Shown: positions 28,001 to 40,300 of the stretch, one piece after another | How positions within the stretch are numbered: the stretch's first letter is position 1 | Layout of the letters: each line of letters begins with the position of its first letter | Assembly (NCBI GenBank): GCA_964016885.1 | Contig: OZ024740.1 | Coordinates: 404,488,001 to 404,552,000, forward strand | Direction of reading: 5' to 3' | Length of the DNA: 64,000 bases | DNA from: Eledone cirrhosa | Lineage: Eukaryota | Translations under genes and position numbers: made by a program | Notes under the pieces: generated by a model | Told to the model about the DNA's origin: nothing | Seen by the model: the letters and a program-made list of their open reading frames with translations, nothing else | Database searches by the model: none

Positions 28001-31000
28001 GTGTGTTAAAGCAACCAGTGATATTCTTTTATGTCCCACAGTGTAGCAGTGTAATGAAGATGAGTGATATTTGCCATACTTATAGATAACATATGGGATG
28101 GTGTCAAAATAGGTATCTGGCCTTAGGAAAACTCCCTCAAAAGTCTCATCCAATTCATGCTAGCATGGAGGAAATAAAAAATAAAATAAAAACTATGATG
28201 ATGATTAAAAAGTGTATAATGTGGCTCCACTTAGACTGAAGCTTATTACACTTATCCAGGGCCATAGTTAGATCTATAACACAGTTAATCAGCTACCTCT
28301 TCAGAGCTGAACTGGATCACTCATCATCATCATCATCATCATCGTTTAATGTCCATCTTCCACGCTAGCATGGGTTAGACGGGAATTGTCCCACTTGAGG
28401 CAAGATTGGTCGGGTGACCGTGTCTCGCTCGTATAGGACTATTTGGCAGGTTTTCTATGGATGGATGCCCTTCCTAACACTAATATATCAATACAAATCA
28501 TCATCATTATCTAGGGTTGGACGCCATGCTTTGACGCATAGAGTTTCGGCCCTTGCCATTCTGAGTTCAAATCCCGCCGAGGTTAACTTTGCCTTTCATC
28601 CTTACGGGGTCGATAAAATAAAATACCAGTAATGCACTGGGTAATTGATGGCCTTGTGCCAAAATTAGAAACAATTATCTTTCTCTGTCCTTCTCACTTA
28701 TTTTCATCTGCCTTATATGCACCAGTTTTTAGAAAAGGTACACCGTATCCTTCACATTATTAGAAGCAACTAAAAGGGTTGGCTTCAGGAAAGGCATTCT
28801 AAACAACTCATGCCACCATGGAAAAATAAAAATGATGATGATGGTATGATTACTCTTGTATATAACTACAAGATAGAAACTAAGCAAATATTAAACCCTT
28901 TAAAAAGATTGCTATTGAAAAATAAATATAACTACTAAAAATCTAAAAAGGAAAGCAAAATGTCATAATAAATAATGTGTAAAATTCACATAATTTCTGG
29001 TCTGTTACCTGAGCAGGACAAATAGCCTCACAAAGTTTGCAAGCAATGCACCTTTCTTCTCCAGATGGATACCTACGTAGGGCATGTTCTCCACGAAATC
29101 GTGGGCTGAGTGGACCTTTCTCAAAAGGGTAGTTGATTGTGGCAGGTTCTTGAAGAAGATGGCCAAATACAAGTGCAAGACCTGGAAAGGAAATAAATAA
29201 ATAAAAATAATAAATAAATATAAATCACTGAAACTCAAAGAGGAAATGACGGAGGAACATGACAAGTAGGGAGATGCTGTGCTGAATAGAACCAGTCTAA
29301 TCCATGCAAGCATGGAAAAGCAGACGTAAAAATGTGATATACGTGTGTGTAACTATATATCATCATCATTTTACGTCCGCTTTTCCCTGCTTGCAAGGGT
29401 GGGACGGGAACTGATTCTGGCTTGATTTCTACAGCTGGATGCCCTTCCTAACACCAACCTCATTTAACAGTGAGTGCTGGGTGCTTTTTTTTCTGTGGCA
29501 CCTACACGTCCACTTTACAGTATGGGCTGGGTGCTTTTTTGCCGTGGCACCTCCACGACCACTTTGCAGTGGAATGATAGGGACTCCAGTTCTATCATCT
29601 CATTTCTACAGCTGAGTAAACTGGAGCAATGTGAAATAAAGTGTCTTGTTCAAGGAAACAACACATCACCCAGTCTGAGAATTGAACTCACAATCTTTCG
29701 ATTGCAAGCCCAATGCTCTAACCACTAAGCCATGTGCCTCCTTATATATATATATATCAATACACATAAGTATATTATATATACACATATATATGTATTA
29801 TACACACATATATACATATTATACACACACATATATATATATATATACACATATATGTGTGTATATATACATACATATATATTTTCTATATACATCAAAC
29901 CCCTATAGCCTTAATGACACTATGTCTCTTCCTCTAAAGTGCTCTTCCCACTGCATCCAGAGCCCTCCCTCATTCAAGCACAAAGAAATTCTCACATTAC
30001 ACATACAACAAAAAAACTTTAACACACTTATTAATAAACATGTGTAATGTGGGAAGAGCAGCTTAGAGGACATTTCTGAGCAGGGCACGTTTCCAGGATG
30101 AAGGATCATCGCCTACTCAGGATCACACTGTATGGCGAACTCTCCACTAGCCATCATTACAGGGGAGTATCAAGGACTGTTGGAAATAATCCCTTGGTAC
30201 CTGTCACATTGACCATCGTTGGTGGTCCACCCTAGCTGAGAACCATGACATCTGGCATCTCACCCTCAACCATGCTGTCTCCTCCCTCAACAACACCCAC
30301 AGAGTCACCCTTAAGTCATTAAATCCTGACCAGTCAATGTATATATCATGAGTTGGCTTCATGAATGAAGATTATGAAAGGGTTGGTTCACATCGACTGC
30401 AGGTACACGCGTGGCCGTTCAGGCCAATGTGACACACGCAGGGACGGCTACAGCTGAAGTTCTGGTCAGGATTTAATGACTTGGTGTTGATATTTATATA
30501 TATCATGGCTTGGCTTCGGAAATCAAGATTATGAAGGGGTTGGTCCGCATTGACTGTGGAATATGTGTATATATATCATCATTCTCACCAACATCATCAC
30601 CTTTAATGTCCATTTTCCATGCTAGCATGGGTTAGGTGAGCTGTCCTGTTAAGAGACAAGCCAGATCAGATTTTGGCTTGGTTTCTACGGCTGGATGTCT
30701 TTCATCAGCATCATCATCATCACCGTTTTACGTCCGTTCTTCCACGCTAGCATGGGTTAGACGGGTTGTCCTGTTGTGGGCAGTGTCTGGTCGGCTGACC
30801 ATGCCTTGCTCATACAGGAACTGATTTGGCTTGATTTCTACAGCTGGATGCCCTTCCTAACACCAACCTCATTTACAGTGAGTGCTGGGTGCTTTTTCGT
30901 GGCGCCTACACGTCCACTTTACAGTGTGGGCTGGGTGCTTTTTGCCGTGACACCTCCACGACCACCTTGCGGTGAGGGGTGTGGGGGCATATTGTCTATA

Positions 31001-34000
31001 TGCTTCAGCTTGTACCCATGGGAGGTCGAGTACTCTGTATTACTGCGTGACGCCAGTGGTCACGGTCGTGTGTCATCGCCTTTGAGAGGTGTAATTGGGT
31101 AAGGTCGGCTTTTATCACCTCATCCCAGGTCATCTTGGGTCTCCCCATTCTGACTTCTAGTGCTCTGCACCTTTTTATGCAGCTGTCATCCTTCATACGC
31201 ATCACCTGTCCATACCAGCGCAACCGCCTCTCCTGCACACAGCATTTGATTCCTCTTATGCTCAGTCTCTCTCTCAATTCATTTATGCTTTGTCGTTCAC
31301 GTATATTACTGTTACACATCCATCGGAGCATGCAGGCTTCGTTTCTCTCTAATCTACGTAAGTCTTCCACCTTCAGCGCCCAGGTCTCACTACCATGCAA
31401 CATTGCTGTTCGGATACACGCATCATACAGTCTGCCTTTCATTCTGAGGGAGAAGCCTTTTGCAGCTAGCAGTGGTAGTAGTTCCCTAAACTTCTTCCAT
31501 CCCGTTCTTAGCCTAGTTATTGTACTTTCTGAACACCCACCTCCGCTGCTAATTCGGTCACCTAGGTAGCAGAAGCTGTCTACTGTTTCTACAGAGCCCT
31601 CCCAGAGATTGGTGGTACTTGTTTCCTGTGGCTGTTTGCTGCTTGCTGTCCCAGCACAGCTGCTGCATGTGAAGCCTACATTCTTAATTAAGCTTCCTGA
31701 GATCCCGCTACATCTCTTGTGTACCCATTGTTTGCATTTGGGGCAGAGAATGGAGTTCCTACCTACACCTTTCCTACATACTGAGCAAGGCCATTTCCCT
31801 GAGGGGATCTGGGTTTTGTTTTCTCGTCTACTTACAAGGACCTTAGTCTTTGTCACGTTGACTTTGAGACCCTTTCTTTCTAGTCCCTGCTTCCAAGTTT
31901 GGAATTTATTCTCTAGTTCTACCATAGATTCAGCTATGAGTGCGAGGTCATCAGCATACAGGAGTTCCCATGGGCATCCGGTCTTAAACTCCTCCGTTAT
32001 TGCCTGCAGGACTATGATGAACAGGAGGGGGCTAAGAACAGAGCCCTGGTGGACCCCAACCTGTACGCTAAATTCCTCGCTATACTCATTGCTAATCCTA
32101 ACTTTGCTGACTGCTCCCCTATACATAGCTTGTACCGCTTTCACAAGCCATTCATCTACTCCTAGTTTTCTAAGAGCCCACCAGATTACAGCACGTGGAA
32201 CTCTGTCAAAGGCTTTCTCAAGGTCAACAAATGCCAAGTAGAGTGGCTTACTTTTAGCTAGGTACTTTTCCTGTAACTGCCTCACAAGGAAGAGGGCATC
32301 AGTGGTGCCTCTTCCTGGTACAAGCCCAAATTGCATCTCCTCTATTTTCACCCGGTCCCTAATCAACTGTGCTATAACTCTTTCTGTTACTTTCATGACC
32401 TGGTCCATCAACTTTATACCTCTATAGTTTCCTCTATCTAGTGCATCACCTTTACCTTTGTAGCAGTTGACAATGATGCTACTGCACCAATCTTTTGGTA
32501 TGACACCTTCTAGTATTACCTGGTTAACTATACGTGTGGTTATAGTGTGACCTACAGACCCAGATGCCTTCAGCATCTTGGCAGCTATACCCGATGGACC
32601 GGTTGCCTTCCCCATACAGGGTGCTTTTTGTTGTGACACCTATATGACCACTTTACAGTGTAGACTGACCACTTATATATATATATAATTCATTCAATCT
32701 GAAAATATTGAAGAGATAAGACACTTTCCCATTCTTCTCTGCTAAACTGTATCACTAGAGTTGATTCCAATTTTCCAGCCATCCATCCTTACTAATCTAC
32801 GAAGGTATTTTAGCCTACATATTGTTGTTAATATTAATGATTAATGATGTTCCCTGCTGTATTAGCGATAAATTATCCCTGCTGTATTAGCGATAAATTT
32901 TCGAGGATTTTTCTTAGTAGTTTTCATGACGTTATTATTGTTAATTTTACTGATGTAGTATTAACTTGGATATTTACCATGCGGTATTCTAATTCTATTG
33001 TATCTCTCTCAGTTATTTACCATGCGACCCTCACTTCCTACCCCCCCCCCCTCTCTATGCATCTCTTTAAGGTTTACTACCCTGTCTTTAACCTAATTCA
33101 TTCAATCTGAAAATATTGAAGAGATAAGACACTTTCCCATTCTTCTCTGCTAAAATGTATCACTAGAGTTGATTCCAATTTTCCAGCCATCCATCCTTAC
33201 TAATCTACGAAGGTATTTTAGCCTACATATTGTTGTTAATATTAATGATTAATGATGTTCCCTGCTGTATTAGCGATAAATTTTCCCTGCTGTATTAGCG
33301 ATAAATTTTCGAGGATTTTTCTTAGTAGTTTTCATGACGTTATTATTGTTAATTTTACTGATGTAGTATTAACTTGGATATTTACCATGCGGTATTCTAA
33401 TTCTATTGTATCTCTCTCAGTTATTTACCATGCGACCCTCACTTCCTACCTCACAAGTTCCCTCCCCCCCCCCCACCCCCACACACCACCATAGTCTATT
33501 CGACCAATCAAACCTAGCATGCCATTTCCACTGCTGCTGCTACTACCTGCCTAACTAACTCTCTCCTCCTCTGGCACATCCCAACACACCCTGCCATTAC
33601 CCCACCACCACTGTTCTTCTAGCCCTCAATTTTCCCACCGTTATGGTTGGATGAGCTGAGAATACATTTGAGCAACTCTGAATCAATAGATGAAATATGA
33701 ATCTGCGAGCTACCAAGCACCCACGTGAAGCGCCAACCCAGAGACCCTCCCCTACGAGTGTCGACAAATGCCCAAAACTCCGAGTTGGTACCATCAATGT
33801 AGGCTCAATGAAAGGAAGAGCAGGAGAAATCGTAGAAATGCTAGAGCGAAAGGAAGTTGATGTATGCTGTGTGCAAGAGACTAGATGGAGAGGAGGGTCT
33901 GCTAGAGTCCTTGTAGGAAAAAGCCAGTGCTACAAATTTTTCTGGGTGGGAAATGACGATGGGATGGGTGGTGTAGGTATACTATTAGCTGACAAGTGGG

Positions 34001-37000
34001 TAGATAAAGTAATCTCAGTGTACAGGGTAAATGCAAGAATCCTTAAACTCAGACTAGTCCTGAATAAGACAATTACCACAATAATATCAGCTTACGCACC
34101 CCAATCGGGGCTGCCAGACGAACTTAAGGATAGGTTTTACGAGTCCCTAATACACACTACTGCTCTAACAGACGACAAGGACTTCCTAATCATTGCAGGA
34201 GATTTTAACGGACACGTAGGTAAACACTGCGACGGCTTCAATAGAGTACATGGAGGCCATGGAGTTGGCACAAGGAATGAGGAAGGATTCAGACTTCTAG
34301 AATTCTGCGACGCCAATGACATGTCGATATATAACACAAACTTTAAAAAACCTGACAACCACCTGATCACCTATAGATCAGGGGAGCACTCTAGTCAGTT
34401 AGATTTTATCCTCATCAGAGGACGTGACAGATGGACGGTCGTAAACACAAAAGCCTTCCCTAGTGAGGAATGTACATCCCAACATAGCTTAGTTGTCAGC
34501 GACCTCACGGTCAGAACTAGACGAACCCGGAAACAGAGGCCAACCTGGAGAAGAAAGATCTGGAAGCTGAAAGTCCCCTCAACCAGTAACAGATTTAAAG
34601 ATATTTTACTCAACGCCTACGACAGTAAAGAAGAACAGATAGAGACATTTAACGTAGAAGAGAACTGGGAGTTCCTAAAAAATAACTTACTAGAGGCGAC
34701 GGATGAGGTTTGTGGCTGGAGTAAGACCTCAAGCAGGAGGAGAGTGACTTGGTGGTGGAACAATAAGGTAGATGAAGCAGTCAAGGCCAAGAGACAGGCA
34801 TGGAAAGAATGGAAGAACGGGGGGAGCAGGGTACATTACATAGAGACCAAGAGGGAAGCTAGGCGACAAGTATACTTAGCTAGGAGGGAAGCAGAGGATA
34901 GAAAATTCAAGCATGTTTTACAACGTGAGGACCAGAAACAGGAGGTATTCAAGATTGCGAGGCAGTGTGTCAGAGATAGTTGTGATGTCATTGGAGAGAA
35001 GTGTATCCGGAATGATAAAGGTGAGCTTGCCCTCACAAGTGCTGAGAAGAAAGATGCATGGAAGAGTCATTATGATAGATTACTAAATGAGGAGAATGCA
35101 TGGGAAGAAGAGACCCTACCCCACGTAGACCCTATAGAGGGACCAGCAGTACAAGTCAGCGGCAGCGTAGTAAGTAAGGCAATCAGAGATATGAAGATAG
35201 GGAAGGCAACCGGTCCATCGGGTATAGCTGCCGAGATGCTGAAGGCATCTGGGTCTGTAGGTCACACTATAACCACACGTATCGTTAACCAGGTAATACT
35301 AGAGGGGGCCATACCAAAAGATTGGTGCAGTAGCATCATTGTCAACTGCTACAAAGGTAAAGGCGATGCACTAGATAGAGGAAACTATAGAGGTATAAAG
35401 TTGATGGATCAGGTCATGAAAGTAACAGAAAGAGTTATAGCACAGCTGATTAGGGACCGGGTGAATATAGACGAGATGCAATTTGGGTTTGTACCAGGGA
35501 AAGGCACCACTGATGCCCTCTTCCTTGTGAGGTAATTACAGGAAAAGTACCTAGCTAAAAGTAAGCCACTCTACTTGGCATTTGTCGACCTTGAGAAAGC
35601 CTTTGACAGAGTTCCACGTGCAGTAATCTGGTGGGCTCTTAGAAAACTAGGAGTAGATGAATGGCTTGTGAAAGCGGTACAAGCCATGTATAGGGAAGCA
35701 GTCAGCAAAGTTAGGATTAGCAATGAGTATAGCGAGGAATTTAGCGTACAGGTTGGGGTCCACCAGGGCTCTGTTCTTAGCCCTCTCCTGTTCATCATAG
35801 TCCTGCAGGCAATAACGGAGGAGTTTAAGACCGGATGCCCATGGGAACTCCTGTATGCTGATGACCTCGCACTCATAGCTGAATCTATGGTAGAACTAGA
35901 GAATAAATTCCAAACCTGGAAGCAGGGACTAGAGAGAAACGGCCTCAAAGTCAACATGACAAAGACTAAGGTCCTTATAAGTAGACGAGAAAACAGAACC
36001 CAGATCTCCTCAGGGAAATGGCCTCGCTCAGTATGTAGGAAAGTGTGTAGGTAGGAACTCCATTCTCTGCCCCAAATGCAAACAATGGGTACACAAGAGA
36101 TGTAGCGGGATCTCAGGAAGTTTAATTAAGAATGTAGGATTCACATGCAGCAGCTGTGCTGAAACAGCAAGCAAACAGCCACAGGAAACAAGTACCACCA
36201 ATCTCTGGGAGGGCCCTGTAGAAACAGTAGACAGCTTCTGCTACCTAGGTGACCGAATTAGCAGCGGAGGTGGGTCCGCAGAAAGTACAATAACTAGGGT
36301 AAGAACGGGATGGAAGAAGTTTAGGGAACTACTACCACTGCTAGCTGCAAAAGGCTTCTCCCTCAGAATGAAAGGCAGACTGTATGATGCGTGTATCCGA
36401 ACAGCGATGTTGCATGGTAGTGAGACCTGGGCGCTGAAGGTGGAAGACTTACGTAGATTAGAGAGAAACGAAGCCTGCATGCTCCGATGGATGTGTAACA
36501 GTAATATACGTGAACGACAAAGCATAAAGGAATTGAGAGAGAGACTGAGCATAAGAGGAATCAAATGCTGCGTGCAGGAGAGGCGGTTACGCTGGTATGG
36601 ACATGTGATGCGTATGAAGGATGACAGCTGCATAAAAAGGTGCAGAGCACTAGAAGTTGATGGAAACCGCGGAGTGGGGAGACCCAAGATGACTTGGGAT
36701 GAGGTGATAAAAGCCGACCGTACCCAACTACACCTCTCAAAGTCAATGACACACGACCGTGACTTCTGGCGTCACGCAGTAATACAGGGTACCCGACCTC
36801 CCATGGGTACATGCTGAAGCATATAAACAATATGCCCCCACTCCCCCCACCGCAAGGTGGCCGTGGAGGTGCCACGGCAAAAAAGCACCCAGCCCACACT
36901 GTAAAGTGGACGTGTAGGCGCCACGAAAAAGCACCCAGCACTCACTGTAAATGAGGTTGGTGTTAGGAAGGGCATCCAGCTGTAGAAATCAAGCCAGATC

Positions 37001-37296
37001 AGTTCCTGTATGAGCAAGGCATGGTCAGCCGACCAGACACTGCCCACAACAGGACAACCCGTCTAACCCATGCTAGCGTGGAAGAACGGACGTAAAACGG
37101 TGATGATGATGATGATGATGATGATGATATATATATATATAGGAACAAGTAAGACCCCGACGGCTGAGCTCAAGCCGTTTCGACGGCTTGAGCTCAGCCG
37201 TCGGGGTCTTACTTGTTCCTATTACCCACTCTACTACCCTAAGTATTGAGTACTTTGGTGCGTTATGGTCCACCTGGTTCCTTACATTTCCTTCGT

Positions 37297-37330
<34 letters not shown>

Positions 37331-40300
37331 TGTGTGTGTGTATAGGTAGATAGATAAATAGATAGATCTCATATATGGGTGAAAGCAGAAATTGTTCGAT
37401 TAAATCTATGCTAAATGGACGTGGAACATGGACATTAAATAATGATGATGATTATATATATATATGACACATAGCAACACAATCACTATTACAGTATACA
37501 GAATCTAAATTATCTTACCACCAATAATTTCTCCCCAGAAAGTTGTTCTTGCAGCTCGATCAGTGATATCAGCCCACTTCATACTAGGTTCTGGGGGACT
37601 TACATCCTCTGGAAAGAGATTATTAACAATATTAAGGTAAGCTATAATTAAAGGCTAAAAACAGAAGACACAAAATTATTATTTCAGAATGTATTTAATC
37701 AAATTGATAATGATTTCTAATTTAGACACAAGGCCAGCAATTTGTGAGGAGGTAAAACGTTGATTATATTGACCTTAGTACTTTACTGGTATTTTATTTT
37801 ATCAACTCAGAACATAACAGAATGTTGTAAAGTATTATGTCCAACACTCTAATGATTCTAATCATTAATTGCTGCCCTTCATCAAATTTATAATAAAGTG
37901 TGGTTGGAGTGAAGCTTAATGCAAACGTTTAAGAATCCATTATTCAGTTTAACACCACCACCTGGTCCTCCATGATTAGATTAGGCCTACAGCCTGAGGA
38001 AAACTCAATGTCTTAACTCTTAATATCTTGTACCGCATGAAACCTCATTAGCAAGACATGATGTTCTTGAAAATTACAAACAGCCCTATGACTGCATCAT
38101 GTTGAAAGTTAAAATCTTTAGTTTACTGCAAATATGCAATGATTGTCCACCAGTAAAGATACTATAAATATTTGGATTAAGAAACCTTTTTTTAGATAAT
38201 TTAAGTTGTTAAAGTTACTGTGTATGTTACAGTTTAAAAATTACTGTGTATGTTACAGGTTAAAAGTTACTGTGTATGTTACAGGTTGTTAAAAGTTACT
38301 GTGCAGCTTCCTACAGCAACAATCCATGTTTCTTTTCCCCCATCAGTCTCAGATAACATCACATCAAGCATTTTAAGGCTATTTTCTCTACAAAAACAGG
38401 AGTTACTTTTGTGACCCCCCTATAAGCTTCTCTATTTTGCTCTATCATCAGCATTCCCTTTCACCAAACCTACGGCTTTCATTTCTCCTCTATCATATTC
38501 TTCTTGGTCTTCCTTTTCCTCTACTTCTTTCAAAATCCATTTTCATCATTTCTCTTGCCCAGTCCCTTTCATCTTTCCTTATCACATGACCCAAACATCT
38601 CATTCCATTTCTTTTCACAGTATTTACCACTGACTCTATTCCCCTGATTCAGACCATCACTAGTTTTCTAGGATTCTACTGTTTATTTTAGAAATGATTC
38701 TGAATGTCAATGGCCTTATGTATTAGTAAGTCAACACATTTAAAATAAACTTTATACTTACTCCATAGGGATCTGTTGGGGACAACTGATGTAGCACGAA
38801 TAGAATGACAGAGTATTTGATGGGCTATAAAAGAAAATGTTGAAAATTAATTTAAAACCAATATGAAGCTAACATAGCTTTACTAATGTCTACCAAAAGG
38901 TTTTTTTAATATTTTACTGTTGCTGCTGCGTTTTAGCTCCAGGTCATTCTGTTTGGGTAGGCCCAAGACCAAAAAGTAGTTCAGTTACACACATTCCATT
39001 TTTAGGACATTATCTATTGTGGCTTTTATTTTTTTGTGTGTAAAATGAAGGGATCTAATTTGAGAGGGATTTGGCTGCAGTTTCTTGCAGTAACTATGTA
39101 GGTGTTTTTTTTAACTGTTTAGTCAGTGAGAGATGGGCAATGTCCACGACTATTTTCAAAGCCTCTGAGACTGGTGGAAGGTATCCTCAAACCAGAGACA
39201 TGGCCTAAATGCTTACAACATAGTGAATTCCATTAAAAACATTCAAAGGCCATGTGGTGGTGTTAAACTAGGTGACCAATTAAAGCTACTACCCAAGTAA
39301 GGCATAAAGGTATTTGAACTCAGAATACACAAAGGTGAAATAAATACTGCAAGGCATCTCACCCAATGCTCTAACAATTCCACAAATCCACTACCTTGGA
39401 TTGATACTTTATTTATTAATCCCAAAGGAGAGCAACATTGACCTCTGCAGGATTTTAACTCATCTGGAATCTCAATTTCAATAGTTACAATGCTGTCACC
39501 ATGTTCTGTCCATGCTGGAGTATCAGTCTCAATAGTTAGCTTCTTGGTCATGTTGAAGCAATGACATTGATGTTGGTATTCTATGCACTTTTCATTCCTT
39601 TAGATTGCACAGATCTGGAAGAAATACCTCCAACTTTTTTTAATGTTCTAACAGTTCTACCAATTCCAGCTCCCTTGTTGGTTCAAATATTTCACACTCT
39701 ATCAAGTGGCCTAACCTTAGAACTTATATTCTGATTGCCATGTCACCTGTTCATTCTTTTGTTATCATATTTTTAACAAAATACCATATATTTGTATTAG
39801 TTATTGAAGACTTTGGAGAAATTTACTAAAATTATTATTTCATTATTAAGACAGTGCAGAATCATCAGAGTGTCAAACAAAATGCCTCGCGGTGTACTGT
39901 TTCCAGTTCTTTACATTCCAAGCTCAAATCCCAAGGTTAACTTTGCCTTTCATCCTTCCAGGGTCAATGAAATAAAGTACCAGTCACATATTGGAGTAAA
40001 TGCAATCGATTTTCCCTTCCCCTAAATTGCTGACCTTGTACTTAAATTAGAACAATTAACATAACAAAAGTAAAATTATGTTGGAAGGTTTCATTTAAAT
40101 AGGAACTCTTTAAAATGGGTGGTTTTGTTTCATAGAACAGTTTTGGGCAGATTGGCATCAAAAGAGCTAATAGTAGAGATGTTGTTGTTGTGTAACCTCA
40201 GTTTAGCCCTTATCAAGCAGACTTGCAGCACATAGTCAGTATAAATCTAGATCTAGTTGAGAACCACATTTCACATCCTGGCATGCAGTAGTTAGTTGTA

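Noticed and set aside
31135-32241. Long ORFs antisense to RT (also 35571, 36241, 45054, 58111, 59603) and 52822..53460 antisense to the Helitron ORF
   Set aside because: These are shadow frames of transposon coding sequence, repeated only because the element is repeated. They have no independent motif.
32844-33494. Duplicated 88-aa and 80-aa hydrophobic ORFs
   Set aside because: They are a by-product of the 408-bp AT-rich duplication; the C-termini diverge and there is no splice or domain support.
37139-37222. Hammerhead ribozyme or intrinsic terminator reading of the palindrome
   Set aside because: There is no intact CUGANGA core and the context is eukaryotic. It is kept only as an inverted repeat.
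38211-38302. Short direct repeats that might suggest a CRISPR array (also 11030-11180)
   Set aside because: The units are adjacent with no unique spacers and there are no cas genes; these are minisatellites.
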